Positions 25,778 through 37,870 are shown, counted from the stretch's first letter. The stretch is 64,000 bases of DNA from Scyliorhinus canicula (GCF_902713615.1 NW_024055843.1:270200-334199), one strand, 5' to 3'. A program made the numbers and translations. The notes: a model not told the origin generated them from the letters alone.

Positions 25778-26075
25778 GGGCGGCATGGCAGCACAGTGGG
25801 TAGCACTGTTACTTCACAGCGCTGGAGTTCCATGTTCGATTCCCGCTAGGGTCACTGTCTGAGCGGAGTCTGCACGTTCTCCCTGTGTCTGAGTGGGTTT
25901 CCTCCGGGTGCTCCGGTTTCCTCCCACAAGTCCCGAAAGACGTGCTGTTTGGTGAATTGGACATTCTGAATTCTCTCTGTTTACCCGAACAGGCGCCGGA
26001 ATGTGGCGACTGGGGGCTTTTCACAGTAACTTCATTGCAGTGTTAATGTGAGTCCACTTATGACAATAATACATT
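25778..26075 (+). mobile_element. SINE with an HE1-like head and an alternative GGCGCCGGAATGTGGCGACT...GTGACAATAA tail (related copies at about 39000-39270 and 40460-40760)
   Basis: Direct comparison of copies within the window. Confidence 0.75.
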
Positions 26076-26229
26076 TAATTATTATTATTTTTCTTGGTGA
26101 CTTAGAAACAAAATCAGTTAACGATTTCTTCGTCAGTTTTCTATGTTGGGTAGTGAGAATACAATGGGTTGAATAATGCACCTCTCCCGCTCTTTCTTGG
26201 GGATATATGGATGCATTGGGTCAAATAAT

Positions 26230-27640
26230 GTCTCTCCTCTTCTGTTTGTTGGGGGAAGTGGGTTAGAGTGCATTAAATAATGCAGGTGTCTTTCTTGGTG
26301 GGGGCCTTCCCCACCGCCCCTTCACCTCTCTACGTTAGGGAAATAAGAGGGACAGTGAATTAACTAATGCTCCTCCCCCTCTCAATGTTGGGGAGGTGGG
26401 GGCACAATGTATTAACTAATGTCCCTCCCCTCACTTTGATGGGCTAGTGGGGGAACAGTGCATAACTAATGCCGCTGCCTCTTGCTTGGGCATGTGAGGG
26501 GTACAGTGGGTTGACTAATGCCCCTCCCCCTCTCTTCGTTGGGAAAGTGGGTTAACAAAAGGGGATGTTCACAGTAATTAATTGCAATTTTAATGTAAAC
26601 CTACTTGTGACACTAAGAAAGATTATTATTATTAATAGCCCTAAACCACTCGTTGTTGGGGAGGTTAGGGGACAGTGGCTGCACCAGTCCCCCCCTCTTT
26701 CTTTGTTGGGCAGTGGGGGTAGAGTGGATTAACTAATACCCCCGATCGTTGTTGGAGAATGGGTATAGAGTGGATTGACTAATATCCCCCTCTTTGTTGT
26801 GCAGTGGGGGTAGAGTGGATTAACTAATACCCCCGCTCTTTGCTGGGCAGTTGGGGTAGCATGGATTAACTAACATCCCCGCTCTTTGCTGGGCAGTTGG
26901 GGTAGAGTAGATTAACTAATCCCCCCCCCCCCGCTCTTTGCTGGCCGGTGGGGGAAGAGTGGATTAACTAATACCCCCACTCTTTATTGGGCAGTGGGGA
27001 TAAAGTGGATTCACTAATACCCACCCCCACTCTCTTTTGGGCAATGGGGGTAGAGTGGATTAACCAATACCCCCACTCTGTGTTGGGGAAGTGGGGGTAC
27101 AATGGATTGACTAATTCCCCTCTCCCACTCTGTGTTGGGGAAGTGGGGGTACAATGGATCGACTATTTCCCCTCTCCCACTCTGTGTTGAGGAAGTGGGG
27201 GCACAATGGATTGACTAATTCCCCTCTCCCACTCTGTGTTGGGGAAGTGGGGGTACAATGGATTGACTAATTCCCCTCTCCCACTCTGTGTTGGGGAAAT
27301 GGGGGTACAGTGGATTGACTAATTCCACTCTCCCACTCTGTGTTGGGGAAGGGGGGTACAGTGGATTGACTAATTCCCCTCTCCCACTCTGTGTTGGGGA
27401 AGTTGGAGTACAATGGATTGATTAATTCCCCTCTCCCACTCTGTTGGGGAAGTGGGAGTACAGTGGATTGCCTATCCGCCCCCTTTCTTTGTTGAGAATA
27501 CGGGGGCACAGTGGATTAACTAATGCCTCTGTCCCTCTCTTTGTTTGTGAAGTGGGGTGATAATTGATTGACTAATGCCCCTTCTCCGCACATTGTTGGG
27601 AAGTGAAGGTACAGTGGATTAGATACAGTGTGAAGTAGAT
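26230..27640. repeat. G/C-run-rich minisatellite with a 52-bp core unit, in the CH4-TM1 intron
   Basis: Unit GGGGTACAATGGATTGACTAATTCCCCTCTCCCACTCTGTGTTGGGGAAGTG; period 52 seen at 27101, 27153 and 27205; degenerate units to the left. Confidence 0.9.
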
Positions 27641-28097
27641 TAACCATGTACCTTTCTCGTCTCTTGGGATAGTTGGCCCATGTTTCTGTGAGACCCGCAA
27701 TTCAGTTTGCAGAGGGTGTGGGGCAGCAACTTACAGCTGATATCATATTTCAATGAATGGACAATGAGAAAAGCAGGTACACCGAGATGTAAATGTGATG
27801 CGTTTGTTTATCTGAAATGGGAAATTGCCCTACTTATCCACAGCGGAAGGAAAACTGATTTATTTACTTTGCGGAAGGCTATAATGAATGAGATTTACTC
27901 AGTTTCTAGCGCAGGTATAATAGAGCTGCGCGCATTGCTTCCGTAAAACTTTGAGTCCTGTAAAGATCCGATCTTTACCAAACAGATCTGGCATTAGAAA
28001 AAATGGAAACAGTATTTGAGCGGTTGTGTATTTAAATCACAAGCAGAAGTAAAAACATTTATTATTTTTTGCAGTTCGAAATGAAAGTGATAGATTC

Positions 28098-28487
28098 TCA
28101 TTGACATGAATAAACGGTGTCCATCAGAGCGAGGGAAATGTTCACAAAACTGGGTTTACCGCTGGATTTATTAACCATTCTGCTGATGATCTTCAAGGGG
28201 ATGGCTTCATGTCCCACCACACAGGAGTAAGAAGCGCCGCTGGCCCACTCCTTCGCTGCAATGGATAACAGGCTGTACATGAAGAAGGAGCTATTGCCGT
28301 TCTCCGCCATCACCTCGATGTTCTTGTAGTTCCCGGGATTCACCGGCTTGTCATTGACGGTCCACTTGACGAAGATCTCTCGGGGGGGAGAAACCTCTCA
28401 CTAAGCAGCTGAGGGAGACGAATCTCTGAGCGGAGACGTCTTCAGCCGAGGGCAGGACAGAGACGGACGGTTCCCGCGGATTGGGAT
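28098..28487 (-). pseudogene. IGHM: IgM CH4 exon plus secretory tail, with a +1 frameshift
   Basis: [34 protein letters not shown], then a C7 run (28382-28388) shifts the frame; continues [10 protein letters not shown]...[13 protein letters not shown]...[20 protein letters not shown]-stop; membrane donor G/GTAAAC at 28160; AATAAA at 28063-28058. Confidence 0.92.
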
Positions 28488-28799
28488 CTGCAGAAAATGT
28501 ACAATAAATGTCAATAAAATGGGGAATTCCGGAGACAATGGAACCGCGGGTTAGATGTGAGAGAAATGTGTTTTGTGTTGGATTTTAAAGGTCTCCATTT
28601 TCCACTTTGGGATCTGATCGGTTTCCCAGCTCGAAGCAGAGATTTGCCTGAGAATTTACGGGGTTGCACCAGAAAGTTTCAGAAAGTGGACAGCAGGGAA
28701 ACAGGCCATTGATCCAACTGTTGTGTGTTGGTGTATGAGCTTCACACCAGGCTACCCCCACCTTACTCCCAGAGGATTGGAAAACTGCCGAAATTCAAA

Positions 28800-31700
28800 A
28801 CAGGGAGAGAGACAAAAAAAGGGCCAGTGACCTTACCACCTGTCAGTGGGAGACAGTTAGTGTCCATTATAACGGATGTAATAACAGAGCATTTAGAAAT
28901 ACAGAACATAATCTCGCAGAGTCAGCGTGGCTTCCTGGAGGGAAAATCATGCTTCACAAATTTATTGCAACTATTTGAGGAAGTAACAAACAGGCCAAAA
29001 AGTGAACCAGTAGATGTTGGCGGCATCGTAGCACAGTGGTTAGCACTGTTGCTTCGCAGCTCCAGGGTCCCAGATCCGATTCCTGGCATGGGTCTGCACG
29101 TTCTCTCAACGTCTGCGTGGGAAGTGGGAAGCGTAGCTGCTTAGGATTACAAAAAATCACGAAAAGACAGAGCTCAGGAGAGGTTACGATAGTCCCCATC
29201 TCACAAAATATGACACAGTGTATGGAAAGGCTCAGTAAACCAAGGTCCACCACACTAAGAAAACAAAAAGGGACAGTCAATAGGGAATTAAAGGTGCTAT
29301 ATTTAAATGCCCGCAGTGTACGGAACAAGGTAGATGAGCTTGTGGCCCAGATTGTGACTGGCAGGTATGATGTGGTAGGCATCACAGAGACGTGTTTACA
29401 GGGGGTTCAGGACTGGCAGTTAAACATCCAGGGATTTACAACCTATCGAAAAGACAGAGAGGTGGGTAGAGGGGGCGGGGTTGCCTTGTTAATTAGAAAT
29501 GAAATTAAATCAATAGCACTAAGCGACATAGGGTCAGGCGATGTGGAGTCTGTGTGGGTAGAGTTGAGGAACCACAAAGGCAAAAAAACCATAATGGGAG
29601 TTATGTACAGGCCTCCTGACAGTGGTCAGGACCAGGGGCACAAAATGCACCACGAAATAGAAAGGGCATGTCAGAAAGGCAAGGTCACAGTGATCATGGG
29701 GGACTTCAATATGCAGGTGGACTGGGTAAATAATGTTGCCAGTGGACCCAAAGAAAGGGAATTCATTGAATGTTTACAGGATGGCTTTTTGGAGCAGCTT
29801 GTGATGGAGCCCACGAGGGAACAGGCTATTCTGGACTTAGTGTTATGTAATGAGCCAGAATTGATAAAAGACCTTAAAGTAAGGGAACACTTAGGAAGCA
29901 GTGATCATAATATGGTAGAATTCAGTCTGCAATTTGAAAGAAAGAAGGTAGAATCAGATGTAAAGGTTTTACAGTTAAATAAAGGTAATTACAGGCGCAT
30001 GAGGGAGGAACTGACGAAAATCGACTGGAAGCAGAGCCTAGTGGGAAAGACAGTAGAACAGCAATGGCAGGAGTTTCTGGGAGTAATTGAGGACACAGTG
30101 CAGAGGTTCATCCCAAATAAAAGAAAGGTTATCAGAGGGAGGATTAGGCAGTCATGGCTGACAAAGGAAGTCAGGGAATGCATCAAGGCAAAAGAGAGAG
30201 CCTATAATGTGGCAAAGAGTAGTGGGAAGTCAGAAGATTGGGAAGGCTACAAAAACAAACAGAGGATAACAAAGAGAGAAATAAGGAAGGAGAGGATCAA
30301 ATATGAAGGTAGGCTAGCCAGTAACATTAGGAATGATAGTAAAAGTTTCTTTAAATACATTAAAAACAAACGGGAGGCAAAAGTAGACATTGGGCCGCTC
30401 CAAAATGACGCTGGTAATCTAGTGATGGGAGACAAGGAAATAGCTGAGGAACTTAATAAGTACTTTGCGTCAGTCTTCACAGTAGAAGACATGAGTAATA
30501 TCCCAACAATTCAGGAAAGTCAGGGGGCAGAGTTGAATATGGTTGCCATCACAAAGGAGAAGGTGCTAGAGAAACTAAAAGGTCTGAAAATTGATAAATC
30601 TCCGGGCCCAGATGGGCTACATCCTAGAGTTCTAAAGGAGATAGCTGAAGAAATAGTGGAGGCGTTAGTTATGATCTTTCAAAAGTCACTGGAATCAGGG
30701 AAAGTCCCAGAGGATTGGAAAATCGCTGTTGTAACCCCCCTGTTCAAGAAGGGAACAAGAAAAAAGATGGAAAATTATAGGCCAATTATCCTAACCTCGG
30801 TTGTTGGCAAAATTCTAGAATCCATCGTTAAGGATGAGATTTCTAAATTCTTGGAAGTGCAGGGTCGGATTAGGACAAGTCAGCATGGATTTAGTAAGGG
30901 GAGGTCGTGCCTGACAAACCTGTTAGAGTTCTTTGAAGAGATAACAAATAGGTTAGACCAAGGAGAGCCAATGGATGTTATCTATCTTGACTTCCAAAAG
31001 GCCTTTGACAAGGTGCCTCACGGGAGACTGCTGAGTAAAATAAGGGCCCATGGTATTCGAGGCAAGGTACTAACATGGATTGACGATTGGCTGTCAGACA
31101 GAAGGCAGAGAGTTGGGATAAAAGGTTCTTTTTCGGAATGGCAACCGGTGACAAGTGGTGTCCCGCAGGGTTCAGTGTTGGGGCCACAGCTGTTCTTTTT
31201 ATATATTAACGATCTAGATGACGGGACTGGGGGCATTCTGGCCAAGTTTGCCGATGATACAAAGATAGGTGGAGGGGCAGGTAGTATTGAGGAGGTGGGG
31301 AGGCTGCAGAAAGATTTAGACAGTTTAGGAGAATTGTCCAAGAAGTGGCTGATGAAATTCAACGTGGGCAAGTGCGAGGTCTTGCACTTTGGAAAAAAGA
31401 ATAGAGGCATGGACTATTTTCTAAACGGTGACAAAATTCATAATGCTAAAGTGCAAAGGGACTTGGGAGTCCTAGTCCAGGATTCTCTAAAGGTAAACTT
31501 GCAGGTTGAGTCCGTAATTAAAAAAGCAAATGTAATGTTGTCATTTATCTCAAGAGGCTTGGAATATAAAAGCAGGGATGTACTTCTGAGGCTTTATAAA
31601 GCACTAGTTAGGCCCCATTTAGAATACTGTGAGCAATTTTGGGCCCCATACCTCAGGAAGGACATACTGGCACTGGAGCGGGTCCAGCGAAGATTCACAC

Positions 31701-33270
31701 GGATGATCCCAGGAATGGTAGGCCTAACATACGATGAACGTCTGAGGATCGTGGGATTATATTCGTTGGAGTTTAGGAGGTTGAGGGGAGATCTAATAGA
31801 AACGTACAAGATAATGAATGGCTTGGATAGGATGGACGTAGGGAAGTTGTTTCCATTAGCAGGGGAGACTAGGACGCGGGGGCACAGCCTTAGAATAAAA
31901 GGGATTCACTTTAGAACAGAGATGAGGAGAAATTTCTTCAGCCAGAGAGTGGTAGGTCTGTGGAATTCATTGCCACAGAGGGCGGTGGAGGCCGGGACAT
32001 TGAGTGTCTTTAAGACAGAAATTGATAAATTCTTGATTTCTCGAGGAATTAAGGGCTATGGGGAGAGAGCGGGTAAATGGAGTTGAAATCAACCATGATT
32101 GAATGGTGGAGTGGACTCGATGGGCCGAATGGCCTTACTTCCACTCCTAGGTCTTATGGTCTTATGGTCTTATGGTTTCCTCCCACAGTCCAAAGATGCT
32201 CAGGTTAGGTGGATTAGCTATGATAAATTAACCCTTAGTGTCCAAAAAGGTCAGATGGGGTTGCAGAGATAGGGTGGAGGTGTTGTCTTAAGTAGGGTGC
32301 TCTTTCCAAGGACTGGTGTAAACACAATGGGTCGAATGACCTCCTTCTCTACTGTAAATTCTATGATTCTATGTAATCCACATGGATTTCTAAACAGCGA
32401 TGGATAAGTGAATGTACTATTACCAAGTTGGCAGAAGGCACTTAAATAGGGAGGAAGGCAAGTTAAATGAGAATTGGCAGATGGAACTTCATGTCAGAAA
32501 ATGTAACAATATGTACTGTGGTAGGAGAAATAAAGGAAATTAACTTTAATTAGGATAAAGATAGATAAGGACTGCAGAAACGAGGGATTTGGGGAATTAC
32601 AGAACGCGAACATGCAACTAATAGGGAATGCAAATTGAATGTTGACCTTCATTTTAAGTGGAATGGAATATAAAAATAGGGAGGCCTTGCTGCAACTATA
32701 CAGTGCACTAGCTACACCACATCTTATGTACTTGAATAGTTTTGGCGCCCTTATCTCACGAAGACATATTATTTTTAAAAGCTGGCCAGAGAATGTGCAC
32801 GAGGTTCATCCCGGGTATGGGGGGATTTTTGTGAGTGGTTGAGCTGGTTGGGCCTGTACTCACTGGAGATTAGAATGAAGACGATCTGATTGAGAAATAA
32901 AAGACCCTCAGGGGGGGGTTTACAGGGTAGATACTGAGAGGTTGCTTTCCCTTTTCGAAGGATCTAGGACAGGGGCATAATTCCAAAGTACGGGAACTCC
33001 TATTTCAGATAGACATGAGCAGGAATTTCTTCTTTCAGAAGGTAGAGAATTTGTGGAATTGTTTAACACAGATAGATGTAGGGACTTGGTCGTGAAGTAT
33101 TCTCAAGGCTGAGATGGACAGATTTTTAATCAGTAAAAAAAGTAATCAAGCAGTATGGGATTTTGGCGGGAAAGTGGAATTGAGATTGATATCAGATCAA
33201 TCATGATTTCGATGAATGCCGGGCAGTCTTCATGGGCCCCCTTGTCTAGACCAGCTCTTGTGACTTATGG
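28800..33270 (+). mobile_element. Old CR1 fragment (about 28800-29015 and 32376-33270) split by a SINE that itself contains a young CR1
   Basis: QSQRGFLEGKSCFTNLLQLFEEVTN..EPVDV resumes after 32376 as IHMDF followed by degenerate RT C-terminus. Confidence 0.75.
29210..32086 (+). CDS. CR1-clade (HER1-like) LINE ORF2: APE endonuclease plus reverse transcriptase, uninterrupted (958 aa from ATG 29210)
   Basis: LYLNARS, GITET, GDFN, SDH endonuclease motifs; YLDFQKAFDKV, GVPQGSVLGP, FADD RT motifs; (GGTCTTAT)3 tail at about 32150-32173. Confidence 0.95.
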   Translation: MTQCMERLSKPRSTTLRKQKGTVNRELKVLYLNARSVRNKVDELVAQIVTGRYDVVGITETCLQGVQDWQLNIQGFTTYRKDREVGRGGGVALLIRNEIKSIALSDIGSGDVESVWVELRNHKGKKTIMGVMYRPPDSGQDQGHKMHHEIERACQKGKVTVIMGDFNMQVDWVNNVASGPKEREFIECLQDGFLEQLVMEPTREQAILDLVLCNEPELIKDLKVREHLGSSDHNMVEFSLQFERKKVESDVKVLQLNKGNYRRMREELTKIDWKQSLVGKTVEQQWQEFLGVIEDTVQRFIPNKRKVIRGRIRQSWLTKEVRECIKAKERAYNVAKSSGKSEDWEGYKNKQRITKREIRKERIKYEGRLASNIRNDSKSFFKYIKNKREAKVDIGPLQNDAGNLVMGDKEIAEELNKYFASVFTVEDMSNIPTIQESQGAELNMVAITKEKVLEKLKGLKIDKSPGPDGLHPRVLKEIAEEIVEALVMIFQKSLESGKVPEDWKIAVVTPLFKKGTRKKMENYRPIILTSVVGKILESIVKDEISKFLEVQGRIRTSQHGFSKGRSCLTNLLEFFEEITNRLDQGEPMDVIYLDFQKAFDKVPHGRLLSKIRAHGIRGKVLTWIDDWLSDRRQRVGIKGSFSEWQPVTSGVPQGSVLGPQLFFLYINDLDDGTGGILAKFADDTKIGGGAGSIEEVGRLQKDLDSLGELSKKWLMKFNVGKCEVLHFGKKNRGMDYFLNGDKIHNAKVQRDLGVLVQDSLKVNLQVESVIKKANVMLSFISRGLEYKSRDVLLRLYKALVRPHLEYCEQFWAPYLRKDILALERVQRRFTRMIPGMVGLTYDERLRIVGLYSLEFRRLRGDLIETYKIMNGLDRMDVGKLFPLAGETRTRGHSLRIKGIHFRTEMRRNFFSQRVVGLWNSLPQRAVEAGTLSVFKTEIDKFLISRGIKGYGERAGKWS

Positions 33271-33487
33271 TCAATATTCTTGCTCCATCTGAACCCAATA
33301 TCACCGCCTTCAATTCATTCATCATTCATATCAATTTCCCTATCAATTCTACAGGCGCAGATTATTTAGTTAGTGTAATTACCTATCAGAGTAGACCGAA
33401 GAGGTACTGAACACTAAATATTGACCATTGTACTGACGCTAGAGATAGACGCAATGACTCACTTATTGCTTCAATGTCACCGCTCAC

Positions 33488-33796
33488 CTATATTCTTACG
33501 GATGGAATTTCTTAAAGGAGTTGGCAGGTTTTGATAGGTAGCCACACAGTCAAACACAGCCCCACTCAGCCAGGCTTGTGTCGAAATGTTTAATCCGCTG
33601 ACCACGCTCTCGGTATCTGCCCCAGGCTGGTCGGCAATCTCTGATTTCAGCGGCTTCTTCGCTTCACTCCAGGACACGTTGACTCTATATGGAGCATTCG
33701 AAACGATGCATGTTAAGGTTACAGTCGCCTCCAGTAAGACCTGTTCTATTGGCGGTGGTAGTAATGTTACTGAGGCATCAGTGCAAAGGGACGGAT
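33488..33796 (-). CDS. IGHM: IgM CH3 exon, open (309 nt)
   Basis: CACAG acceptor; [29 protein letters not shown]...[11 protein letters not shown]; GTGAGC donor; phase 1 at both ends. Confidence 0.92.
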
Positions 33797-34416
33797 CTGT
33801 GAATGACAAAATGAAATTAACCCAAGTTCCATGTCAAGAAACAGGACAGCATTATTCAGCCTTCACTCACTCAATGGGAATAAATCAACTTCGAAATATC
33901 AACCCCTAACGGTTGCCGTTTAGTTTCGATACTCAAAGGAAAACAAGCTTGTGTATGAAAACTATTCTCATTGTTAAAGTCGTTCAACCCTGGTATCATT
34001 CCAACGAATAAGCATTGCAACATTCCCAATTCGAGAACACCATTGCTGATCGATGGAACGCAGTAATGAACGCTGATCCATAAATAGGTTGGATGAACTT
34101 TCCCCGGAGCTGTTATCAGTAAAGGGATCCAGGCGCCCCCTGCCTCTCAAATACAACCAGTTGTCTCAGGATAAAGCTGATATCAAGTCCACCTCACTCA
34201 CTAAATGATTTGAAGGTAGAGGAAACATTCTTTGCTGTTCTGATAAAATTCTGAATGGTGAGCAATCCTAATGGAGCTCTGACATCAGAATGAAACACAA
34301 ACTACATGGCAGTAAATGAGAAGTTGTTCTGTGTTTTGTAACTTTAGTAAATTCCTGATTTGGATTAACATCAGAATGCAGGATGATTTATTGTTTCCTC
34401 TGTTTGTGTTTCTTAC

Positions 34417-34728
34417 CAGACGCGGTGATGTTGTGACTTTGGGTGACCTCTTGATGAGTGACCTGGCAGGTATAGACCGCTTTGCTGAACCATTCTCCAG
34501 CGGAGACTGTCAGCCGACTGCTCGCCGAGAAGTTCCCGTTCACTTCACAGGCGGGAGAGGTGACAATTCCTGAACCCATGGGCTGTCCATTCTTCAGCCA
34601 CTTCACCGTCATTGACTTTGGACGAAAATCGTTGAATGAACAGACGATGGTTGTAAATTTCTGTCTTGTGATTTCTTCACTGGAACTCACGGTGAGGATA
34701 ATATTTGGATGGTTGTCAGGCAGGCGGC
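34417..34728 (-). CDS. IGHM: IgM CH2 exon, open (312 nt)
   Basis: [35 protein letters not shown]...[13 protein letters not shown]; phase 1 at both ends; GTAAGA donor. Confidence 0.92.
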
Positions 34729-34940
34729 CTTCAAGAAACACGTGTTAGCCATTTCTTACAGAAAAAAATGAGAATAAATAAAATGGCCTCATACTTTAAC
34801 AGTAATTTTGCGGCCAATATACACTAAGCTGGAATTTCCATGGATCAGGACAATGAAGTTTAGTGTAAATGTGTTACAACGAATACCCTAAACAAGGTAA
34901 TCATAGGCTTTCTGTTTCTCACAATTTCCACAACACTTAC

Positions 34941-35239
34941 ATGTCATTCCAATGATCTTGTCTGAGCCGCTGTGTCGAACCTCACAGCTGATTTTGCTGC
35001 ATCCCCCTCTGACTCGATGATGGTTAACTGGCTGCTCAGGGTGTAGGTTCCCTTCTTGTTTCTCACTGACGGGTATTTCTTAACTCCTGTGGTGATCGGC
35101 TGCCCATCTTTTTTCCAGGTAAGGCTGGTGATTTCTGGGGAGTAGTCCATCGCTAAACAGCCGAAGGTCACGGAGCCGTCGGTGTTGTGTTGCTGACAGG
35201 AGGAGACCAGGATGTAGAGAGTGGGCGGAGACGGTGTCG
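34941..35239 (-). pseudogene. IGHM: IgM CH1 exon with a -1 frameshift (299 nt)
   Basis: [46 protein letters not shown]...YTLSSQLTI; shift at the G5 run 35007-35003; the other frame holds [10 protein letters not shown]; premature TGA at 34946-34944. Confidence 0.92.
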
Positions 35240-36794
35240 CTGGGAGAGAATGGCCCATTCAACAAGTTAGGCTCTGTTATTTGTGCTTAAGGTATCACAC
35301 AACTTAGAGTATGGATACAGTTACAACCTTATCATAATATTTTCCCATTAAAACCTGCATCCGTAGGTGAGCTTCTATTTGTTCCATCATTTAGGAATCA
35401 CCGTCTCGTTATTCGCACTTTAGACACTCAGATCCCTTCTTCATCTTTAACACATTACAGAAAATTAACATTTGATGTCATCTGAATGACGCACTTTAAT
35501 TGGAATAAAATAGAAGAGCAAAGAGTCGTCCCCATTATTTCTGCCAGCATTTATTTCTCGATCAACAGCTCTTTGTGACAAAGAAGTTGTCTCTTCCTTT
35601 ATATCATTGTAGTTTTGGAAATTGCTTTTGTTCAAAGTGACCGTTACTTACTCCTCTCTCCAACTCAATTCCCCCACTCCCCAAAATAAAGAATTGTGAC
35701 TTTCAAACCTTCACACCTTCCAAAGGCATACTTACGTAATGACCACAAAACTCTACATTTGAGTAAAATATCAAATAACTCAAAGACTATCTAATCATTG
35801 GATCAAGCACATTAACAGCAAGAGTCGGCCAGTCGGTCCCCAGGTCCCGTCGGCCATTCAATAAGATCATGGCTGAGCTGATTGTGGGGTTAACTCCACA
35901 TTCCACCTACTCTGACAACCAGCCTTTTGCCCCCACCCGGACCACTGCCCTTTCCCTGGATCCCTGCACTTTTCCCAGCTGTTCTGCACTATTCCCGGTT
36001 CTTTGCTGCTTGCCTCAGTTTCCAGAACTTTCCACTGGCCCTTTACTCTTTACCCAGCACTTGGCCCTTTACCCCGACTCTTGGCGCGTGTCCCAAAATC
36101 CACAATTTCCCCCAGCTCCCTGCACCTTCTCTCCACTCTCTGCGATTGGCTTTCTGCCGATATACCTGCTCCACTGCTCTTTCCTAGCTGGCTCTGCTGC
36201 CCCAGACTCGCTGCACATTCCCCCAAGCTTTTTTTCCTATTCCACGCTCTCTCTCATTTTATTAAACGTTCCCACGCCTCTTTCCCGTTTTCCACAACCC
36301 TCACCCCTGGCACTTTCCCCCAACTCTCTGCCTTTCTATCGGGCTCTCTGCATTTCCCCCAGCGCTCTGTGCTTTCTTCCGGTTCTCGCTATTCCATTGT
36401 CAGCCACCCACGCTCGGGTGCCAGTCGTTCTGTGGCCTGGCACTAGTTATTTCTTCCTTTCCCCTCCAATATACTCTCCCGCTCAATTCGTGAGCGAGAG
36501 TGAGAGAGGACAAGTGAGTCAATGGGTGAGGGTGTGAGCAGAAGGTGTGAATGAAGGTAGATGAGAAAGAGGTGGGTGCGTGAGGATGGGTGGTCGAGTC
36601 TGAGTTGGATGAGGGAAGATCGGCCGGTGAGTGAGACGACTGAAGGTAGGTGACTGAGGTTATCCAGGTGACCGTGCATGATTAAGTTTGAGTGAGTGAT
36701 TGGCTTGGCGCTGACTGAGGGTGGATGTGTGCGAGGTGTCCGAGTGTGGCTAAGTGAGTAAGGCTTGGCGAGTGAAGATGGTTGCATGAATGGA

Positions 36795-37870
36795 TACAGA
36801 ACTGGCTAGGTCATAGAAGGCAGAGAGTAGCAATGGAAGGGTGCTTTTCTGATTGGAGGGCTGTGACTAGTGGTGTTTCGCTGGGATCAGTGCTGGGACC
36901 TTTACTGTTCGTAGTATATATAAATGATTTGGAGGAAATGTAACTGGTCTCATTAGTAAGTTTGCAGACGACACAAAGGTTGGTGGAATTTCGGATAGCG
37001 ATATGGACTCTCAGAGGATACAGCAGGATTTAGAGAGTTTGGAGATTTGGGCGGCGTGATGGCAGATGGAGTTTAATCCAGACAAATATGAGTAATGCAT
37101 TTTGGAAGGTCTAAAACAGGTAGGGAAATACAGTGAATGGTAGAACCCTCAAGAGTATTGTCAGTCAGAGAGATCTTGGTTACAGGTCCACAGGTCACTG
37201 AAAGGGGCAACACAGGTGGAGAAGGTAGTCAAGAAGGCATACGGCAGGCTTGCCTTCATCGGCCGGAGAATTGAATATAAAAATTGGCAGGTCATGTTGT
37301 AACCTTAGTTAGGCCACACTTAGAGTATAGTGTTCAATTCTGGTTGCCAAACTACCAGAAGGATGTGGAGGCTTTAGAGAGGGTGCAAAAGAGATTTACA
37401 AGGATTTGCTTGATATGGAGGGCATTAGCTATGAGGAGAGGATGAATAAGCTTGGTTTGTTCTCACTGGAACGAAGGAGGTTGAGGGGCGACCTGATAGA
37501 GGTCTACAAAATTATGAGAGTCATAGACAGAGTGGATAGTCAGAGACTTTTTCCCAGGGTAGAGGGATCAAGGGGTGTAGGTTTAAGGTGCGAGGGCGAA
37601 GGATTAGAGGAGATGTATGGGGCATGAGGCAAGGTTTTTACCCAGAGGGTAGTAGGTACTTGGAATTCGCTGCCAGAGGAGATGGTGGAAGCATGGACGA
37701 TAGTGACGTTGAAGGAGCATCTTGACAAATACGGAATAGGATGGGAATAGAGGGATACGGACCCCGGAAGTGTAGAACATTTCAGTTTCGACGGCCGCCA
37801 TTGTCGGCGCAGGCTTGGAGGGCCGAATGGCCTGTTCCTGTACTGTACGTTTCTTTGTTGTTCTTTGAAT
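36795..37870 (+). mobile_element. CR1 3' fragment, degenerate, inserted in a GAGT-rich simple repeat
   Basis: SKFADDTK-like and [29 protein letters not shown] motifs. Confidence 0.85.

Noticed and set aside
20587-27640. CRISPR-like or class-switch interpretation of the tandem arrays
   Set aside because: The arrays are contiguous tandem units without unique spacers in a vertebrate genome, and neither lies 5' of a CH1 exon as a switch region would
29036-29209. N-terminal 58 aa of the 1016-aa ORF
   Set aside because: Starts inside the SINE (MVSTVASQLQGP is the translated SINE head); it is a chance in-frame read-through, not part of LINE ORF2
35869-36537. 222-aa ORF in the J-CH1 intron
   Set aside because: Begins in an antisense CR1 3'-end fragment and runs through pyrimidine-rich low-complexity sequence; no domain motifs
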